Assembly: GCA_047285305.1 (NCBI GenBank)
Contig: JBJBDL010000003.1
Span: 1,984,001-2,048,000 of the forward strand
Length of the DNA: 64,000 nt
Direction: 5' to 3'
Source: Synechococcus sp.
GTDB taxonomy: Bacteria; Cyanobacteriota; Cyanobacteriia; PCC-6307; Cyanobiaceae
This document shows positions 42,220-51,639 of this stretch, piece after piece. The notes beneath the pieces are model-generated. The model had not been told where the DNA came from. It saw only the letters and a list, made by a program, of their open reading frames with translations, and ran no database searches. Position 1 is the first letter of the stretch, and the number at the start of each line of letters is the position of its first letter. A program made the translations under genes and the position numbers.

Positions 42220-44385
42220 GTGCAAGGACAAACCCAGTCGATCTCCTTTGATGGACGCGAGATTCGACTGACCACCGGGCGCTTCGCCCCTCAGGCGGGA
42301 GGATCCGTCTTGGTGGAGTGTGGCGACACCGCCGTGCTTGTGACCGCAACTCGATCAGGCGGCCGTGAAGGCATTGATTTCCTGCCGCTGATCTGCGATT
42401 ACGAGGAGCGGCTTTATGCAGCTGGCCGCATTCCTGGCAGCTACATGCGTCGTGAGAGCCGCCCCCCCGAACGCGCCACGCTCACGGCCCGACTGATTGA
42501 TCGCCCGATGCGGCCACTGTTCCCCAGCTGGCTGCGCGACGACCTGCAGGTGGTGGCCACCTGCCTGTCCCTTGATGAGCGAGTCCCCGCCGATGTTCTG
42601 GCTGTGACGGGCGCATCGATTGCCACGCTGCTGGCGGGCATCCCCTTCAACGGCCCGATGGCAGCCGTGCGGGTGGGTCTGCTCGGGGATGACTTCGTGC
42701 TCAACCCGAGTTACCGGGAGATCGAACGGGGTGATCTGGACCTGGTGGTCGCCGGCACCCCTGACGGTGTGGTGATGGTCGAGGCCGGCGCCAACCAGCT
42801 ACCCGAGCAAGACGTGATCGAGGCGATTGATTTCGGCTATGAAGCGATCTGCGAATTGATCAAGGCACAGGAACAGCTGCTAAAGGATCTGGGCATCACC
42901 CAGGTGAAGCCGGAGAAGCCGGACGAAGACAGCACCGTTCCTGCCTATCTGGAGAAGCAGTGCACCAAGGCGATCAGCGCTGTCCTCAGCAAATTTGATC
43001 AGAGCAAGGACGAGCGGGACACAGCCCTGGAAACCGTGAAGGGCGAGGTGTCCGAGACCATCGCAGGTCTCAAGGAAGACCATGCCGTTCGCCAAGCCCT
43101 CGCCAGCAGCCCGAAACTGCTCGGCAACAGCTTCAAGGCGCTGACCAAGAAGCTGATGCGTCAGCAGATTCTCAAAGACGGCAAGCGTGTGGATGGACGC
43201 GGCCTCGACGAGGTTCGCCAGATCAGCGCAATGGCCGGCGTCCTGCCGCGCCGGGTGCATGGTTCTGGTCTGTTCCAGCGCGGACTCACCCAGGTGCTCT
43301 CAACCGCAACGCTGGGCACCCCCAGCGATGCCCAGGAGATGGACGACCTCCATCCCAACACCGAGAAGCTGTACCTGCACCACTACAACTTCCCTCCCTA
43401 CTCCGTCGGTGAAACGCGGCCGATGCGCTCCCCCGGTCGTCGTGAGATCGGCCATGGCGCCCTGGCCGAACGCGCAATTCTTCCGGTGCTTCCCGAGAAG
43501 GACACCTTCCCCTACGTGGTGCGTGTGGTGAGCGAAGTGCTCAGCTCCAATGGCTCCACCTCAATGGGTTCCGTCTGCGGCAGCACCCTGTCGTTGATGG
43601 ATGCCGGTGTGCCGCTGAAGGCTCCGGTAAGTGGCGCTGCCATGGGTCTGATCAAAGAGGGCGATGAGGTGCGGATCCTCACCGACATCCAGGGCATCGA
43701 GGACTTCCTCGGAGACATGGACTTCAAGGTGGCCGGCAGCGAGAAGGGCATTACAGCCCTGCAGATGGACATGAAGATCACCGGCCTTTCTGTGAAGACG
43801 GTGGCCGAAGCCGTCAACCAGGCACGCCCGGCACGGCTCCACATCCTCGAGAAAATGCTCGAGGCGATCGACACCCCACGAGACAATCTGTCTCCCCATG
43901 CCCCACGACTGCTCAGCTTCCGGATTGATCCTGAGCTGATCGGAACCGTGATTGGCCCCGGTGGACGCACGATCAAGGGCATCACCGAGCGCACCAACAC
44001 CAAGATCGACATCGAGGACGGCGGCATCGTGACCATCGCCTCCCACGATGGTGCCGCGGCTGAAGAAGCCCAGAAGATCATCGAAGGCCTGACCCGCAAG
44101 GTGAACGAGGGCGAAGTTTTCTCCGGTTCGATCACTCGGATCATCCCGATCGGCGCCTTCGTGGAAATCCTTCCTGGCAAGGAAGGCATGATCCACATCT
44201 CGCAGCTCTCCGAAGCTCGCGTCGAGAAGGTCGAAGACGTGGTGAAGGTGGGCGACGAGGTGACCGTGCGGGTGCGCGAAATCGACAACCGCGGCCGCAT
44301 CAACCTCACCCTGCGGGGCGTACCCCAGGCCGGCGACGCCACCGAAGTAGAGCCTCAGCCCACCCCGGTGGCACCGCTCAGTTGA
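42220..44385 (+). CDS. pnp: Polyribonucleotide nucleotidyltransferase
   Basis: [31 protein letters not shown] and S1 domains. Confidence 0.98.
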   Translation: MQGQTQSISFDGREIRLTTGRFAPQAGGSVLVECGDTAVLVTATRSGGREGIDFLPLICDYEERLYAAGRIPGSYMRRESRPPERATLTARLIDRPMRPLFPSWLRDDLQVVATCLSLDERVPADVLAVTGASIATLLAGIPFNGPMAAVRVGLLGDDFVLNPSYREIERGDLDLVVAGTPDGVVMVEAGANQLPEQDVIEAIDFGYEAICELIKAQEQLLKDLGITQVKPEKPDEDSTVPAYLEKQCTKAISAVLSKFDQSKDERDTALETVKGEVSETIAGLKEDHAVRQALASSPKLLGNSFKALTKKLMRQQILKDGKRVDGRGLDEVRQISAMAGVLPRRVHGSGLFQRGLTQVLSTATLGTPSDAQEMDDLHPNTEKLYLHHYNFPPYSVGETRPMRSPGRREIGHGALAERAILPVLPEKDTFPYVVRVVSEVLSSNGSTSMGSVCGSTLSLMDAGVPLKAPVSGAAMGLIKEGDEVRILTDIQGIEDFLGDMDFKVAGSEKGITALQMDMKITGLSVKTVAEAVNQARPARLHILEKMLEAIDTPRDNLSPHAPRLLSFRIDPELIGTVIGPGGRTIKGITERTNTKIDIEDGGIVTIASHDGAAAEEAQKIIEGLTRKVNEGEVFSGSITRIIPIGAFVEILPGKEGMIHISQLSEARVEKVEDVVKVGDEVTVRVREIDNRGRINLTLRGVPQAGDATEVEPQPTPVAPLS

Positions 44386-44392
44386 TCAGGGC

Positions 44393-45310
44393 TCAAACCT
44401 GAAAGCCGGGATCGATCTCGGCCATGGCCTGCGTCGCACGCTCTCCGAGCTCGACGTGGGCTTTTCCATGGCTGGCGATCAGACAGCCCGCCTGACGCAC
44501 ATCGCCGGTGTTGTAAGTGAGTTCGGCCTGATCGGCATGGGTGAAACGACCACCGGCCGCGAGCAGCACCGCCTCCGGAGCAGCCATGTCCCAATCCTTG
44601 GGAGCGCTCTTGCCGGAGAGGGAAAGGTAAAGGTCTGTTTCGCCTCTCAGGATCGTGGCCACCTTGAAGCCAACGCTGCCCACGGCCTTGGAACCGCCGA
44701 AATTGAGGGCATCAATGAGCTTGACCAAACGGTCGTCGCGGTGGCTGCGGCTGGCCACCAGGATCAGATCTGAAAACTCAGTTCTGTCGCTGAAGCGAAC
44801 CGGCGACCGCTCACCCTGACGGTCTTCACACCAGGCACCCTCACCAACGATGCCGATCCAAAGTTCATCCGCTTCCGGCAAAAGCACAACACCGATCAAC
44901 GGCCGCTTGTCGCGCACCAGGGCCAGATGAACGGCGTATTCGCCTGTGCCCTGCAGGAAATCCTTGGTGCCATCCAGGGGATCGAGAATCCACAGCCACT
45001 CCGCCGGCAGCGGTTGGCCTTCCGTGAGCTGCTCCTTGGCGGTCTCCTCGCTGAGCAGCGTCCACTCGGCCTTGGGGAACGCGGCAGACAGTCCATCCAG
45101 CAACCACTTGTTCACGGCCAAATCAGCCGCAGATACGGGCCCCTCTCCGCCTTCATCAACACTCAAAGCCATAGGGAAATCATGCGGAGGCTGCTCGCCG
45201 CGGGCATAGGCCCGCAGGATGTCAGCGGCACCCCAACTCAAGCGACGCAGTTCCGTCAGCAGAGCCTCCTTATCAACGCCAGCGGGGAGGACGGCAGAGC
45301 TGGGCATCAT
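44393..45310 (-). CDS. cysQ: 3'(2'),5'-bisphosphate nucleotidase / inositol monophosphatase family
   Basis: LSEE, WILDPLDGTKDF, WDMAAP. Confidence 0.88.
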   Translation of the reverse strand: MMPSSAVLPAGVDKEALLTELRRLSWGAADILRAYARGEQPPHDFPMALSVDEGGEGPVSAADLAVNKWLLDGLSAAFPKAEWTLLSEETAKEQLTEGQPLPAEWLWILDPLDGTKDFLQGTGEYAVHLALVRDKRPLIGVVLLPEADELWIGIVGEGAWCEDRQGERSPVRFSDRTEFSDLILVASRSHRDDRLVKLIDALNFGGSKAVGSVGFKVATILRGETDLYLSLSGKSAPKDWDMAAPEAVLLAAGGRFTHADQAELTYNTGDVRQAGCLIASHGKAHVELGERATQAMAEIDPGFQV

Positions 45311-45336
45311 GATCAACAGAGGCGCTCGCCATTGTG

Positions 45337-46194
45337 ATGCAGGGGGATGAACCAAGCGGCGGCAGCCTTTATCTGGTGGGCACTCCCATTGGTCATCTAG
45401 GGGACCTGTCACCACGAGCCCGTGACTTGCTGCGCAGCGTGGATGTGATCGCCTGTGAAGACACCCGGCACAGCGGACAGCTGCTAAGAAGCCTTGGAGC
45501 GGGCGGCCGCAAGCTGTCCTTTCATCAGCACAACACCCGCACCCGCGTGCCCCAACTGCTGGATCTGCTGGCGGAGGGTCAAAGCCTGGCAGTGATCAGT
45601 GATGCCGGGCTGCCGGGCATCAGCGACCCCGGTGAAGAGCTGGTGGGCGCAGCGCACCAGGCCGGCCATCCAGTGATCTGCATCCCTGGCCCCTGTGCAG
45701 CCACTACTGCTCTGGTGAGCAGCGGCCTGCCCAGCGGACGCTTCTGCTTCGAAGGATTTCTGCCGGCCAAAGGCAAGGAACGGCGGGCCCGCCTGGACGC
45801 AATCAGCCATGAACCCCGTACAACGGTGCTGTACGAAGCGCCGCACCGCCTGATCACGTTGCTCGAGGAACTCCAGCACCACTGCGGAGGAGACCGTCCT
45901 CTGCAGGTGGCACGGGAACTGACCAAACGCCATGAAGAGCAGGTGGGGCCGACGGTGAGTCGTGCCCTGCTGCACTTTCAGCAGCACCCGCCCCAAGGAG
46001 AATGCACGGTTGTGCTGGGGGGAGCACCGTCGCAGAACGTGGAAGAACCCCACGACGACGACTTGCTCAGGCAGCTGCAGGAGTTGCAGAACGAGGGTGC
46101 AAGCGCCAGCGATGCTGCGCGGCAACTGGCCCAGACCACAGGGCTGTCCAGACGACGCCTGTATGCCCTCTTGCACCAGGGCACGTCAAACTGA
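45337..46194 (+). CDS. rsmI: 16S rRNA (cytidine1402-2'-O)-methyltransferase
   Basis: LYLVGTPIG, CEDTR, SDAGLPGISDPG, YEAPHR, RELTK. Confidence 0.95.
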   Translation: MQGDEPSGGSLYLVGTPIGHLGDLSPRARDLLRSVDVIACEDTRHSGQLLRSLGAGGRKLSFHQHNTRTRVPQLLDLLAEGQSLAVISDAGLPGISDPGEELVGAAHQAGHPVICIPGPCAATTALVSSGLPSGRFCFEGFLPAKGKERRARLDAISHEPRTTVLYEAPHRLITLLEELQHHCGGDRPLQVARELTKRHEEQVGPTVSRALLHFQQHPPQGECTVVLGGAPSQNVEEPHDDDLLRQLQELQNEGASASDAARQLAQTTGLSRRRLYALLHQGTSN

Positions 46195-46213
46195 GCACGT
46201 CGACGGTTGTGCT

Positions 46214-46450
46214 GTGTTGATTCGCCTGCGTCTTCTGCTGATCAGCTTTAGCGGTGGCCTGCTGCTGCTGCTGCTGCTCTGCCTTGGAGCCCAGAACCTT
46301 CAGGATCGCCACACGCTCCAACTCGGGGGGCAGCGCTCAGTGCCTCTTCCCACGGGTTTTCTCGTGGGGATTGCGATGGTGATCGGCGTGATAAGCGGCG
46401 GAACCGCGACGGCCGTTTTGCTTCCCGATCAGCGCGATCGCTTCGATTAA
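46214..46450 (+). CDS. Small membrane protein (LapA-like)
   Basis: LLLCLGAQN...PLPTGFLVG; two TM segments. Confidence 0.75.
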   Translation: MLIRLRLLLISFSGGLLLLLLLCLGAQNLQDRHTLQLGGQRSVPLPTGFLVGIAMVIGVISGGTATAVLLPDQRDRFD

Positions 46451-46469
46451 AAGCAGTCAGCTGCTGTGC

Positions 46470-47180
46470 TCAGGCATCCAGCGCAATCAAGGTTCCGTCC
46501 AACACCAGTCGTGTAATGCCCCGGGCTAGCAGGTAACTGCTAGTGCGCTGAAACACAGCCGTGTCGGGAACCTTAATCACCCGCTGACTCCGCCCGCACT
46601 GGCGCTTGGCCGCGCGGGGGCTGGCAAACAGGCACAACCCCTGACGTTCCTGCTCGGCATCGTCGAGGAGGCCCAACTCGGGGAACTCCTTGAGGGGGCG
46701 CGCATCCAGCTCGACCACCTTGTCGACCAGCATGTAGGCGCTGTCCGGCAGAAGGTCGACACTGAATGGTTGGGCTTGATTCAGTGGGCGATCACTGAGA
46801 TTTCCCACCCCAAGCAGGGGAACAAGCTCCGTGAACGATTCAACGTTGCCGTTGTCATCGTCTTCGGAGAGCTCCTCCTCAGAGTCTTCGCCGAAGTCAT
46901 CCGCGTCATCCAGGGCCAGGCTGCTGTCGTCTTCCTTGAAGGAGTCAGCCTCTGATTCTTCCGCCTGAGTGACAGTTTGCGGGGGAGGGGTGGCCAGTCC
47001 TTTTTGCCTGCTGGCCTTCAGCGCGGCATATGCATCAGCTGGCAACAGTGCTTTCACCGTGCGACTCACGGTGTTGGGGCTGCAGCCAAAGGCCTCAGCC
47101 AAAGCTGATGTTGACTCGCCGGCCTTGTAACGACCGACCAGATCCTGCTTCTCGCTGTCGCTGAGACGACGCGGGGCCAT
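46470..47180 (-). CDS. Hypothetical protein with N-terminal HTH and acidic linker
   Basis: LSDSEKQDLVGRYKAGESTSALAEAFGCSPNTVSRTV, YMLVDK, GITRLV. Confidence 0.85.
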   Translation of the reverse strand: MAPRRLSDSEKQDLVGRYKAGESTSALAEAFGCSPNTVSRTVKALLPADAYAALKASRQKGLATPPPQTVTQAEESEADSFKEDDSSLALDDADDFGEDSEEELSEDDDNGNVESFTELVPLLGVGNLSDRPLNQAQPFSVDLLPDSAYMLVDKVVELDARPLKEFPELGLLDDAEQERQGLCLFASPRAAKRQCGRSQRVIKVPDTAVFQRTSSYLLARGITRLVLDGTLIALDA

Positions 47181-47269
47181 GGATGCCGATCAAGAGCCCA
47201 TCACCTTAGTTGGCGCAAGGCTTCCAAATCCAGCCTGCCTGGAAGCAGCCTGCCAAGATGTGGCTGCTT

Positions 47270-47343
47270 GCTCCCTTAGCTCAGCTGGATAGAGCAACTG
47301 CCTTCTAAGCAGTCGGTCGATGGTTCGAATCCATCAGGGGGCG
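47270..47343 (+). tRNA. tRNA-Arg (anticodon TCT)
   Basis: Acceptor GCTCCCT/AGGGGGC, D-arm GCTC/GAGC, anticodon arm ACTGC-CTTCTAA-GCAGT, T-loop GGTTCGAATCC; CCA not encoded. Confidence 0.97.
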
Positions 47344-47354
47344 TCAGTGCTAGC

Positions 47355-47390
47355 AAGGGGTTTCAGCGAAAGCCGAGACCCTTTTTTTTT
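47355..47390 (+). terminator. Intrinsic terminator after tRNA-Arg
   Basis: GGGTTTC..GC-GAAA-GC..GAGACCC hairpin followed by a T-run. Confidence 0.8.
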
Positions 47391-47478
47391 GGTTGATACT
47401 TTCTGTGGCCCAAACCGCCCAATGGTTGGATTGCTTTAAAAGCTTGATTCCCCAGCGGCTACCACTGGTTGATGGGCC

Positions 47479-47832
47479 ATGGCAAGAGCCACCTCAGCAG
47501 AGTCCGCCAAGCGAGTCGAACACCTCCAGGGATTGATCCTGGCGGGGCAGCCCAACACCGCTTGTCTCACTTTTGCGCGACAAACGTGGGGGGTCTCACG
47601 ATCCCAGGGGTACCGGCTGCTGAAGAAAGCCTGGCAACAGATCAAGAACGACATCGATGAGAGCGGCATCGACCGGCAGGAGCTGCTGTCGTGGTCAATC
47701 CAAACGCTGATGGCCGCAGCTGGGCAGGCGATGCAGCAGAAGAACCCTGGCGCTGTGGTGGCCTGCATTCGCCAGCTCGATCACATGACCGGCACCGGAT
47801 ACAACTCCCACCGCGGCCACCTACGGCGCTGA
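47479..47832 (+). CDS. HTH-containing hypothetical protein, resembling small phage/satellite DNA-binding or terminase-small-subunit-like proteins
   Basis: 117-aa ORF with FARQTWGVSRSQGYRLL HTH-like segment. A second, inverted copy of its 3' end at 60.7 kb differs largely at synonymous sites. Family call is inference. Confidence 0.7.
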   Translation: MARATSAESAKRVEHLQGLILAGQPNTACLTFARQTWGVSRSQGYRLLKKAWQQIKNDIDESGIDRQELLSWSIQTLMAAAGQAMQQKNPGAVVACIRQLDHMTGTGYNSHRGHLRR

Positions 47833-47966
47833 ATCGAATGATGGCCCTGGGTACTGACCAGAAGGGAGAAGGGGTTTCGAGGTCACAGGCCCCATTCCCG
47901 CCGGTATTGATTTGGATTTCCTTGTCGATGTTGCATATCAGCCTCAGGCAGAGATACAAAGAACAT

Positions 47967-47980
47967 GTAGCCACCGCTAC
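47967..47980 (+). promoter_or_regulatory. NtcA binding site
   Basis: GTA-GCCACCGC-TAC (GTA-N8-TAC) a few nt before the riboswitch. Confidence 0.8.
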
Positions 47981-47984
47981 CAAA

Positions 47985-48042
47985 CGTTCACCTCGCTTTT
48001 GCGGGGCGCAGCTCGATCCAAGCCATGGAACGGGGGCTTGGG
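47985..48042 (+). ncRNA. Glutamine-II (Downstream-peptide) riboswitch
   Basis: CGTTCA...GCGCAGCTCGA..CCAAGCCATGGAACGGGGGCTTGG; P1 CGTTC/GGAACG, P2 CCTCGC/GCGGGG, pseudoknot CCAAG/CTTGG; followed by a YRG peptide. Confidence 0.85.
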
Positions 48043-48058
48043 CTCTGCAGGAGCTGTG

Positions 48059-48229
48059 ATGACTTCGTTGTATTGGAACGGTTCAGCATTTGCACCACTA
48101 AATACGACAGCTGCAAAAAAAGAAGCAGTTGTTCTGCGTCTAGAGACAGCCCTCAAGGCAGCGGATGCCACCCCTTCTCTGAGATACCGCGGCATCAGGT
48201 ATCTGCGTCAAAACGGATTTGCTGCATAG
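48059..48229 (+). CDS. DUF4278-like small protein (56 aa)
   Basis: MTSLYWNG...LRYRGIRY; AGGAG upstream; downstream of the glutamine riboswitch. Confidence 0.78.
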   Translation: MTSLYWNGSAFAPLNTTAAKKEAVVLRLETALKAADATPSLRYRGIRYLRQNGFAA

Positions 48230-48442
48230 CCCTAAACGTCACCACGGTCCTTGTGGCAACCCGCGCTGACCCTTGTGTCAAACAATCGCATTAAAAAGGC
48301 GGGTCGTGCATTACCCGCCTCGTCTAATTCTCCAGCCGAGCAAACCGGAGAACGCAACTTTCAAGCTCACAAAATGTAAAAAACGCGTTGGCACGACTGT
48401 GGATTCAACGCCCACGATGAGAATTAATACCCAGGGTTGTAG

Positions 48443-48679
48443 TCAGGCAGCGACAGCGGGACAGGCCTCCACGTGATGCACGGGCTTCCAGTTAGGGCAG
48501 CCATGAGTGAGGTGTTGCCCTTGCTCCAGCAGCGCCTCCATCAGGGCGCAGCCAACGCAGGTGTGGCAGTGAGCGTCGATCCCGTAGGTGAACCACGCGC
48601 ACGACATGCAGACCTTCTCGCTGTAGTGCCGTTGGATTACTCGGTCGTCAGCGTGGCCCCATTCCTCCATTGCTTCCAT
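48443..48679 (-). CDS. Small Cys/His-rich putative metal-binding protein
   Basis: CMSCAWF..HCHTCVGC..GQHLTHGCPNW. Confidence 0.75.
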   Translation of the reverse strand: MEAMEEWGHADDRVIQRHYSEKVCMSCAWFTYGIDAHCHTCVGCALMEALLEQGQHLTHGCPNWKPVHHVEACPAVAA

Positions 48680-48688
48680 GAATCATTT

Positions 48689-48708
48689 GCAAGTACAGAT
48701 GTACTTGC
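48689..48708. promoter_or_regulatory. LexA (SOS) box
   Basis: Palindrome GCAAGTACA-GA-TGTACTTGC containing AGTACAGATGTACT, the picocyanobacterial LexA consensus, about 10 nt upstream of the 48679 start. Confidence 0.8.
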
Positions 48709-48920
48709 CCTGGCTCGGTTGGGGAAGCAAGCCCGCTGTGCCAGTCCCACTCGGATCTCACTGGGAGGCTGAGTCTCAAGATTGCCAGACTCGATCTGGA
48801 CGTGATGAAGGATGTCTCGTCGCATCCCATTCCCGTCTCAGTCGCCGGATCTCCAGGCGCCTCAGGCCCCTAATCTCATCAGATCAGCTGGACTGTCCTG
48901 CGTCACTGTGCTTGTGACCG

Positions 48921-49082
48921 CTACGCAGCACTTCCACCCATCAGTTCCGACACGTTGGGCATCGGGTCTGGCTTGCCATCGGCGATGGCGCGAGCGCGCA
49001 GGTAGAACCAGCTCTCCGTTTGCCCCTTGGCCTCCATGCTTTCGGCGATGGCTTTCCAGTTGTTGATTTCGGCTTGATCCAT
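48921..49082 (-). CDS. Small hypothetical protein (53 aa)
   Basis: MDQAEINNWKAIAESMEAKGQTESWFYLRARAIADGKPDPMP..., resembling a picocyanobacterial small-protein family. Confidence 0.75.
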   Translation of the reverse strand: MDQAEINNWKAIAESMEAKGQTESWFYLRARAIADGKPDPMPNVSELMGGSAA

Positions 49083-49349
49083 GGGGAGCAAATAAAAAAA
49101 TCTCCGGAACCCCTCAGAACCGGAGACCGTCCAAATGTCTGGTTGCAGCTCTGCATTCAGACCCGCAAACCCTAAAAATCCCGTGATGGTGTCGTCGGTT
49201 CGGATGACCGGCGACCGCTGGAAATAGATTCGCGAGCTTCCCGCCCCGTCATCACAGACCTGAGGCTGGGCTTGCCACACCTATTCCACAATCGGTCGCT
49301 CTGCCTCAAAAGGCAATGAGCAGGACAGCTGATTGCCTGATGCTCCACC

Positions 49350-49748
49350 GATGACGAGAGTGTGTGTAATCGAGATCGGAGGAGCCAATGACGGCAGAAA
49401 CTCCACCTGAGCAAATCGTAGAAGCAGCCTGACTTTTCTGGCCCCTGCTCCAACTTTTCAGCCCAACCGTAAGCACTTCGTCTGTGACGACACTGATGTG
49501 CGTCTGATCAGTCGACACTCCTCTGCACCGTCCGTCTAGGTGCCCCGTAGGAGTCGCGCTTCACACCTGGACCAAATGGCCCCAGGGTTGCCACAAGCCA
49601 GACGCTTCGACCTTTTTCTTTCAGTTCACTGTCGTTCGATAGAGCATCACGCTTCACGGATACAGCTTCACTGATTAGGTCGACCGCAATGCATAAACGA
49701 GCGAGCTAGGCCGTCTTTCCATCGGGAAGGGCGGCCTTCCTCTTTGGC
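49350..49748 (+). ncRNA. Candidate structured RNA element with 14-codon sORF, copy A
   Basis: Colinear conserved blocks shared with 54599-54970, retained pairings, sORF 49388-49432, terminator hairpin 49708-49737. Confidence 0.6.
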
Positions 49749-49889
49749 CTCTGTACTGCGAAGAAGTAAGTAATCGCTTAAACACGACAGCGCCCTGCTT
49801 GTGGTGCGTAATGGCCCGGGGCTTGAAGACCCCTGGCTTTTATTGCCTTATTGCTAGGACTGTTATGACCTCTGTTGGAACGACTAAAA

Positions 49890-50252
49890 ATGAAATATTT
49901 ACTTTTTCTCCTCTCTCTGGGACTCTTTTCGGGTCAGACCGCAATGGCGAGGCCTTGGCTTTATGCCTCGACTTTTCGCTCTTCTGCGCCAGGATATGAA
50001 TGCTTGAATCTTGCTGCGGACGTCTTAAAAGACGAGGGATTTACCAGGCATTTAGAGACTATAGGATTTACGGGAAACTTAGGTGGCAAGGGCGGAAGTG
50101 TCCAAGGATACCTGAGAAATAGTCAGGTTGTCGCCGAAATAAAATGCAATCAATCCTTGGGATTTCGCATGCTTATTGTTTCAGGCAATGATAGTAAACT
50201 TTCATACAATAAGTACTCTAGCCTTTATGACAATCTCCGTGTTTATCGATAG
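49890..50252 (+). CDS. AT-rich secreted hypothetical protein
   Basis: Signal peptide MKYLLFLLSLGLFSGQTAMA, two Cys, atypical codon usage. Confidence 0.72.
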   Translation: MKYLLFLLSLGLFSGQTAMARPWLYASTFRSSAPGYECLNLAADVLKDEGFTRHLETIGFTGNLGGKGGSVQGYLRNSQVVAEIKCNQSLGFRMLIVSGNDSKLSYNKYSSLYDNLRVYR

Positions 50253-50400
50253 TAATTTTCAGGGCTCTAGAATTTTTTGCCTTCATGTTGATTGATGATT
50301 GCATTGGGTCCTTTTCGCTTTGCAGGGATTGGGTCATCCGAAGGCGCGTTGTTTATCTAGCCTGTGGTTGTCAAAACAGTAGACAGATAGGGACGGCTAG

Positions 50401-50604
50401 ATGGAATTAATGACGATCAGCGAGGCTGCAAGACGCCTCGGATATAAGTCCAGATCTCAGCTCTACAGACTGATGAACGACGGCTTCCTGCAGCATGTCC
50501 ATGTGCAGCAGCACACGGGACAGCATTTGGTTGACATAGAGGGGCTGAGGGAAAAGCTGCAGTGCATTTGCCAGTGGCGTCCCGACAGCGTGTTCCTTCG
50601 TTAA
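50401..50604 (+). CDS. Excisionase/AlpA-like HTH protein
   Basis: MTISEAARRLGYKSRSQLYRLMNDG, the typical HTH_17 pattern. Confidence 0.75.
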   Translation: MELMTISEAARRLGYKSRSQLYRLMNDGFLQHVHVQQHTGQHLVDIEGLREKLQCICQWRPDSVFLR

Positions 50605-50629
50605 AGCAGCATCGGCTCAGGGCCTCAAG

Positions 50630-50785
50630 TCAAGGCCGAGAGTCTTCCTTGTGCTGCCATCGTTCAAGTCGCCTTAATTCCATAATTTCCAATCTTCTTC
50701 TGTTGGTTTCAATCTCAGCCTCGCGGGCTAAATGTTCAAGCTGAGCATTAGTACGCTTTTGGTGTCGAGAAGATACAAAAGACAT
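50630..50785 (-). CDS. Small hypothetical coiled-coil protein
   Basis: MSFVSSRHQKRTNAQLEHLAREAEIETNRRRLEIMELRRLERW; start uncertain. Confidence 0.45.
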   Translation of the reverse strand: MSFVSSRHQKRTNAQLEHLAREAEIETNRRRLEIMELRRLERWQHKEDSRP

Positions 50786-50903
50786 CGGGACTATGCAATT
50801 CGATGTGTTGAAACTAAAAGCCTCGAGAAATTGGCGCGTGAAAGCGTTACCCAACTAAACCAATTCATATAGTTAAGTAACGTCTTGTGCCATATGCAGT
50901 GCG

Positions 50904-50972
50904 ATGCTGCTGTTGACAGAGCTGCAATGAGCGACGTTGCGCAATGTGATTGAGCTGGCTGAGGACAGCTAA
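50904..50972 (+). pseudogene. Remnant of a small gene (MLLLTELQ*ATLRNVIELAEDS), paralogous fragment at 51312-51346
   Basis: 27/32 nt identity between 50934-50965 and 51315-51346 with the peptide TLRN(V/M)IELA kept; in-frame TGA at 50928. Confidence 0.5.
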
Positions 50973-51077
50973 CGCTTAATGAGTTTAATCTTCAGGGCAA
51001 AGAGTGCATTAAGGGGGCGTTGATACTCCAACGCCAAAACCAGGAGAGCTACGAAAGAGGTCACTGGGGCTCACCTT

Positions 51078-51287
51078 GTGTCTAAAGCATCTTTTCTTGA
51101 CGAAGGGCCTGATGACCTCCCGCCACTGAAGTTCGTGACTGGGCACGAGGGAAGAGAGGCAGAGCGCCTAAATCGATTTATTTGGGAGAGACTCGTATGC
51201 CTGCTTGAGCACGGCGAAGAGCGGGAAGCAAACTCACTACTTGAGGAGTTCGACGAGCCTCCCCTTTGGGACGACATCCTTTATTAA
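51078..51287 (+). CDS. Small hypothetical protein
   Basis: 69-aa ORF ending EEFDEPPLWD. Confidence 0.6.
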   Translation: MSKASFLDEGPDDLPPLKFVTGHEGREAERLNRFIWERLVCLLEHGEEREANSLLEEFDEPPLWDDILY

Positions 51288-51363
51288 CTAAATCAGTCTT
51301 CGCACTCAGCTATGACGCTGCGGAACATGATTGAGCTGGCTCAGGATGCTGATGGACTAGCGA

Positions 51364-51573
51364 CTACTGGAAAGCCGACTGACCTACATCGCTGAACTGG
51401 TAGCTCTCTCTGCGTAGGTCTTCTTCAAGCATTTGTAGTTTTGCGGTCAAGACGGCAACTTTCGTACTGTGACCAATGGACGAGAAGTAGGCAAGCCGAC
51501 AAGCCTCCCATCGAAGACCGAACCGAAGTCTCTCTATTGGAGTTTTGGCTGCTCGCATCTCACTCCTTATCAA
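51364..51573 (-). CDS. Small hypothetical protein
   Basis: 69-aa ORF; GGAG upstream of an internal ATG. Confidence 0.5.
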   Translation of the reverse strand: MIRSEMRAAKTPIERLRFGLRWEACRLAYFSSIGHSTKVAVLTAKLQMLEEDLRRESYQFSDVGQSAFQ

Positions 51574-51639
51574 GGGAGTAAAAAACTAAAAAGAAAAAAT
51601 CGGTTGACGTAGGGATTGTGTCTGCGAGCGTTTAGTGAT

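Noticed and set aside
49388..49432. sORF ending in AA* as a tmRNA-like tag
   Set aside because: No tRNA-like domain nearby, it has its own SD and ATG, and copy B ends in AD.
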